Below are positions 60,781-64,000 of a stretch of 64,000 bases of DNA, piece after piece. Both the position numbers and the translations under genes were made by a program. The stretch is from Rhizaria sp. SCN 62-66 (lineage: Eukaryota): the NCBI GenBank assembly GCA_001724265.1, contig MEDY01000157.1, positions 1 to 64,000 on the forward strand, in the 5' to 3' direction. The stretch's first letter is position 1, and every line of letters begins with the position of its first letter. The notes beneath the pieces were generated by a model, which was not told the origin of the DNA, did not search any database, and saw nothing but the letters and a program-made list of their open reading frames with translations.

Positions 60781-63187
60781 TCAGAACTCCCTGTCGAGCG
60801 GCTTGCCCTCGACGACCATGGTGATCTCCTCTAGCGTGATGGTCTCGTACTTGATCAGCCCCTCGGCGAGGCGCTCGAGCTTGTCTTTGTTGCGCGTGAT
60901 GAGCGCCTTGCTGCGGTTGTAGGAGTCGGTCAGGATCGCGCGAACCTCCTCGTCGACCTTGGCGCGCGTCTCGGTGCTCAGCCCGTCCAGGTCGCGGATC
61001 GAGCGCACGCCCACGGCCTTGCCCAGCCCGTAACTCATGACCATGCGTTGTGCCAGCGCCGTCGCCTGCTCGAAGTCACCGGACGCACCGGATGACACGT
61101 TGTCCATACCGTACATGACCTCCTCGGCGACGCGGCCGCCCATGCAGACGTCAAGGCGCGCGAGCATCTCCTTCTTGGTCATGGACACGACGTCGTCCTC
61201 GGGCAGCTGCATCACCATACCCAGCGCGTTGCCGCGCGGCATGATGGTCGCCTTGTAGATGGGCATCGCGCCCTCGGTGAAGAGTGCACAGATGGCGTGC
61301 CCGCCCTCGTGGTAGGCCGTCTTGCGCCGCACGGGCTCCGGGATGATGGCCGTCACGCGCGCCGCGCCCATGAGCATCTTGTCCTTGGCGTGCTCCAGCT
61401 CGCTCATGCTCACCGTCTCGCGGCCCAGCTGTGTCGCCAGAATCGCCGCCGAGTTCACCAGCGACTTGAGCATCGCGCCCGACGCGCCGGGGGTCGCGCG
61501 GGCAAGGATGCCCGTGTCGACGTCACCCGCAGGCTTAGTCTTGGCGATGTAGTGGTCGATGATTTGCTTGCGGCCGCGCACGTCGGGCAAGTCGAGCACG
61601 AGCTGCCGGTCAAAGCGACCGGGCCGCAGCAGCGCCTTGTCGAGCGCGTCCGAGAGGTTCGTGCTGCTTCTTGCTGCGCGCCCCGCCCACCGCGTCGATC
61701 TCGTCGATGAAGATGATACACGGCGCTTTGGCCTTGGCGACCGCAAAGAGCTCGCGGACCTTCTTGGCGCCGCTGCCGACGTACATTTCATCGAAACTGG
61801 AGCCAGAGATGAAAAAGAACGGCACGCCCGCCTCGCCCGCGACGGCCTTGGCGAGCAAGGTCTTGCCGGTGCCGGGGGGGCCGGTGAGCAGCAGGCCGCG
61901 GGGGATCTCGGCGCCCATCGAGTTGAACTTCTTGGGGTTCTTGAGAAACTCGACCAGCTCCTGCGCCTCTGCGCGCGCCTCGTCACAGCCCTTGACGTCC
62001 TCGAAGCGGACCTTGCAGTTCTCGGGCAGCACCTCGCTGGCGCCGTTCTTGCCGATGCCCGAGATGCCGCCGGGGCCGCCGGGGCCGGCGCGGACGGTGT
62101 TGTAGGCCACGGCCAGGAAGGCGACAGAGAGCAGCGAGATGATCAGGTTCAGCAGCGAACGGAAGGAGATCGGCGGCGGAGACGCGATGGTCGAGCTGTC
62201 TAAGGGGCGCACTGGGGAGCTGAGCGAGAAACCGCCGCCGTTGCTGCCGGCGCCAGCGCTCGAGCCGAACGACGCAGACGCGTTGCCGGCGCCGCCGGTG
62301 TAAGCGCCGGTGTGCGAGCCGGTGTAGGTGTTGGTGGTGGAGTGGGGGACGCCGCGGATGGAGGCGAAGTGAAGGCTCTTGGCGGTGTCGTAGAGCTCCG
62401 CCACGACGGGCGTGCGGGGGAAGGCGCCTGACTCGTAGCGGGCCAGGAACGCAGAGGTCGAGTACAAGCACAGCTCGCGGGCCAGCTCCTCCTGCAGGGC
62501 GACGTTGGTGGGGTCGGCGGCCGCGCGGCGCTCCAGGGACAGCAGCAGCGAGACGTAGGGGTCGGTGACGTTGGTGCCAATGTCAGAGTAGAAACCGCTC
62601 GCACCATGGGCACTGTTTGTGGCGTTTGTGTTGGAGATCATGGAGAAGAGACGTGTGATGGACGCAACAGTGGGCAGCGGTGGCTGGTGCTGTTGCGCGT
62701 GGTTCGAGGCTAACCCACCGCGGCGTCCACGGACCACAGACGACGAGGACGACGAAGAGGATGACACAGTGACTGTGGGGGGAGCGAGCGCTCGGGCGAG
62801 AGCGTTATTGTTAGTGGCGCTGGAGCTGGCGCGGATGCTGTTGGTCGAGTTGCCATGAGCACGGGTGCCAGCGTTAGCGCGAGCGCAGCTGCCGCTAGCA
62901 GTCGCCACAGTAGCAGTCGTCGCCGCAGAGAGAGAGAGGGCGGCGGCGGCGGGCAGCGTGATAGGGCCGATCAGGCTCGCGACGGTGGGGCTCTGGTAGG
63001 CGGCTGATGCTGACGACGCAGCGAGCAGCGACGCGCTCGCGGTCAGCATGACACTCGCAGTCGCGGTGGCGCTGGCGGGGACGTTGACGCTGGAATAGTG
63101 GAATGACGCAGCTGTCGGAGCAGAGAGAGAAAGAGACGAGGAGAGCCCGGAGGTCGCTCGAAGCAGAGCGCGACTGCGACAGAGCAT
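60781..63187 (-). CDS. YME1: Mitochondrial i-AAA protease YME1/FtsH4-like, with an internal deletion and frameshift at ~61663 in this sequence
   Basis: Presequence from ATG 63187; [10 protein letters not shown], Walker A GPPGTGKT, Walker B IFIDEID in one frame; ALLRPGRFD and HEGGH protease motif in another frame. Stop TGA. Confidence 0.9.
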
Positions 63188-63839
63188 TGCGGTGGGGTGG
63201 TCTGAGGTATGAGAGAACGTGAGCAGAGCGAACCGGTGATGAGAGGGCAGTCGGCGTGAGGGGCAGAAAGCATGTGGGCAAGAGGTGTCACAAAAAAGGT
63301 GATATCTCACCAGAACAAGAAGATATGAAAACAATAAAAAGATATAGTATCATAATACTACGATTGCCAACTATAATACTATACGAGAGCAACTGTGCGA
63401 TGGTGCGGGGTTGTATGCGAAGCTTCTGGTCTGGCCTCGCTTGTGGTGGTGGAGTTCCAGTCATCGGTCAGACAGACGTGACTGTGGGCAGGCGGTCGGC
63501 TGGGCACGCCCACGGTCAGTCGGCTTGGTGTTGGACGGCCAATACGCACTTTACTTTTGACAACTGTTTTGCACCTGGCACCCGCTCAGAATAGCGATGT
63601 AGATAATCAATCTGGATGCAATGCGCACTAGAAAATTTACCATATTCATAAAATGCTAAACCATTCATGCCTCGTCGTGATTTGTTTCGTCGAATCCGTC
63701 TCACCTGCTTGTTGTCCCAACGTTCCCCCGTCTCGCCTTCCCGCGCCCTACACGCTTCCCCAGGACTGGGTTTTCCTCCCTTTCCTCGCCAAACTCGCTT
63801 CTCCCTTCCCGCAGAAGCGTTTTATACCACTTCTTTGCA

Positions 63840-64000
63840 ATGTTCCGCTCCGCCCTCGCGAAGCAGTCGTGCCTTCTCGCCGGCAAGGCCTCAGCGTCTT
63901 CCAGCTCGTCGGTCGCGCTGCTCTCCGCCTTTGCCCCTGTCGCGCGCTTCTCCGCCGCCGCCGCCGCTGCCGACAGCACCGTCTCCGACGCCGCCGCCGC
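63840..64000 (+). CDS. 5-prime end of a probable mitochondrion-targeted protein, truncated by the window edge
   Basis: ATG 63840 opens MFRSALAKQSCLLAGKASASSSSSVALLSAFAPVARFSAAAAAADS, a presequence-like peptide with GC-rich codon usage, open to the window end. Divergent from YME1. Confidence 0.65.
   Translation, partial: MFRSALAKQSCLLAGKASASSSSSVALLSAFAPVARFSAAAAAADSTVSDAAA

Noticed and set aside
6096-63498. GGTCG/CGACC in all five divergent intergenic regions as a promoter element
   Set aside because: Only 5 bp and also present in the convergent spacer near 41575 and 41627; needs genome-wide motif statistics.

Overview
Gene-dense eukaryotic (protist-like) nuclear DNA. Exons are GC-rich; the short GT-AG introns (124-211 bp, 13 of 15 starting GTACG) and intergenic spacers are AT-rich. 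I reconstruct 13 complete genes and one truncated one: EFL1/RIA1, DNA polymerase epsilon catalytic subunit, an AASDH/ACSF4-like A-PCP-PQQ protein, a DCC-family oxidoreductase, a membrane-anchored bZIP factor, RAD17, a syntaxin-like SNARE, a Cys-type glutathione peroxidase, mitochondrial GatB, a PEX13-like protein, a ~3080 aa unknown protein, a tandem cytochrome b5/b5-reductase fusion, YME1/FtsH, and the start of a probable mitochondrial protein. Main discovery: the genome appears to use a non-standard nuclear genetic code in which UAG is a sense codon, most likely Gln, while UAA and UGA remain stops. Eleven in-frame TAGs interrupt five otherwise intact genes, including one inside the cytochrome b5 motif EVA*HN, one heading a polyQ run and one in a SNARE helix. 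No internal TAA or TGA was found, and all 13 termini are TAA (8) or TGA (5). The supplied ORF track fragments these genes because it treats TAG as a stop. All identifications come from motif recognition by eye; no searches were run.
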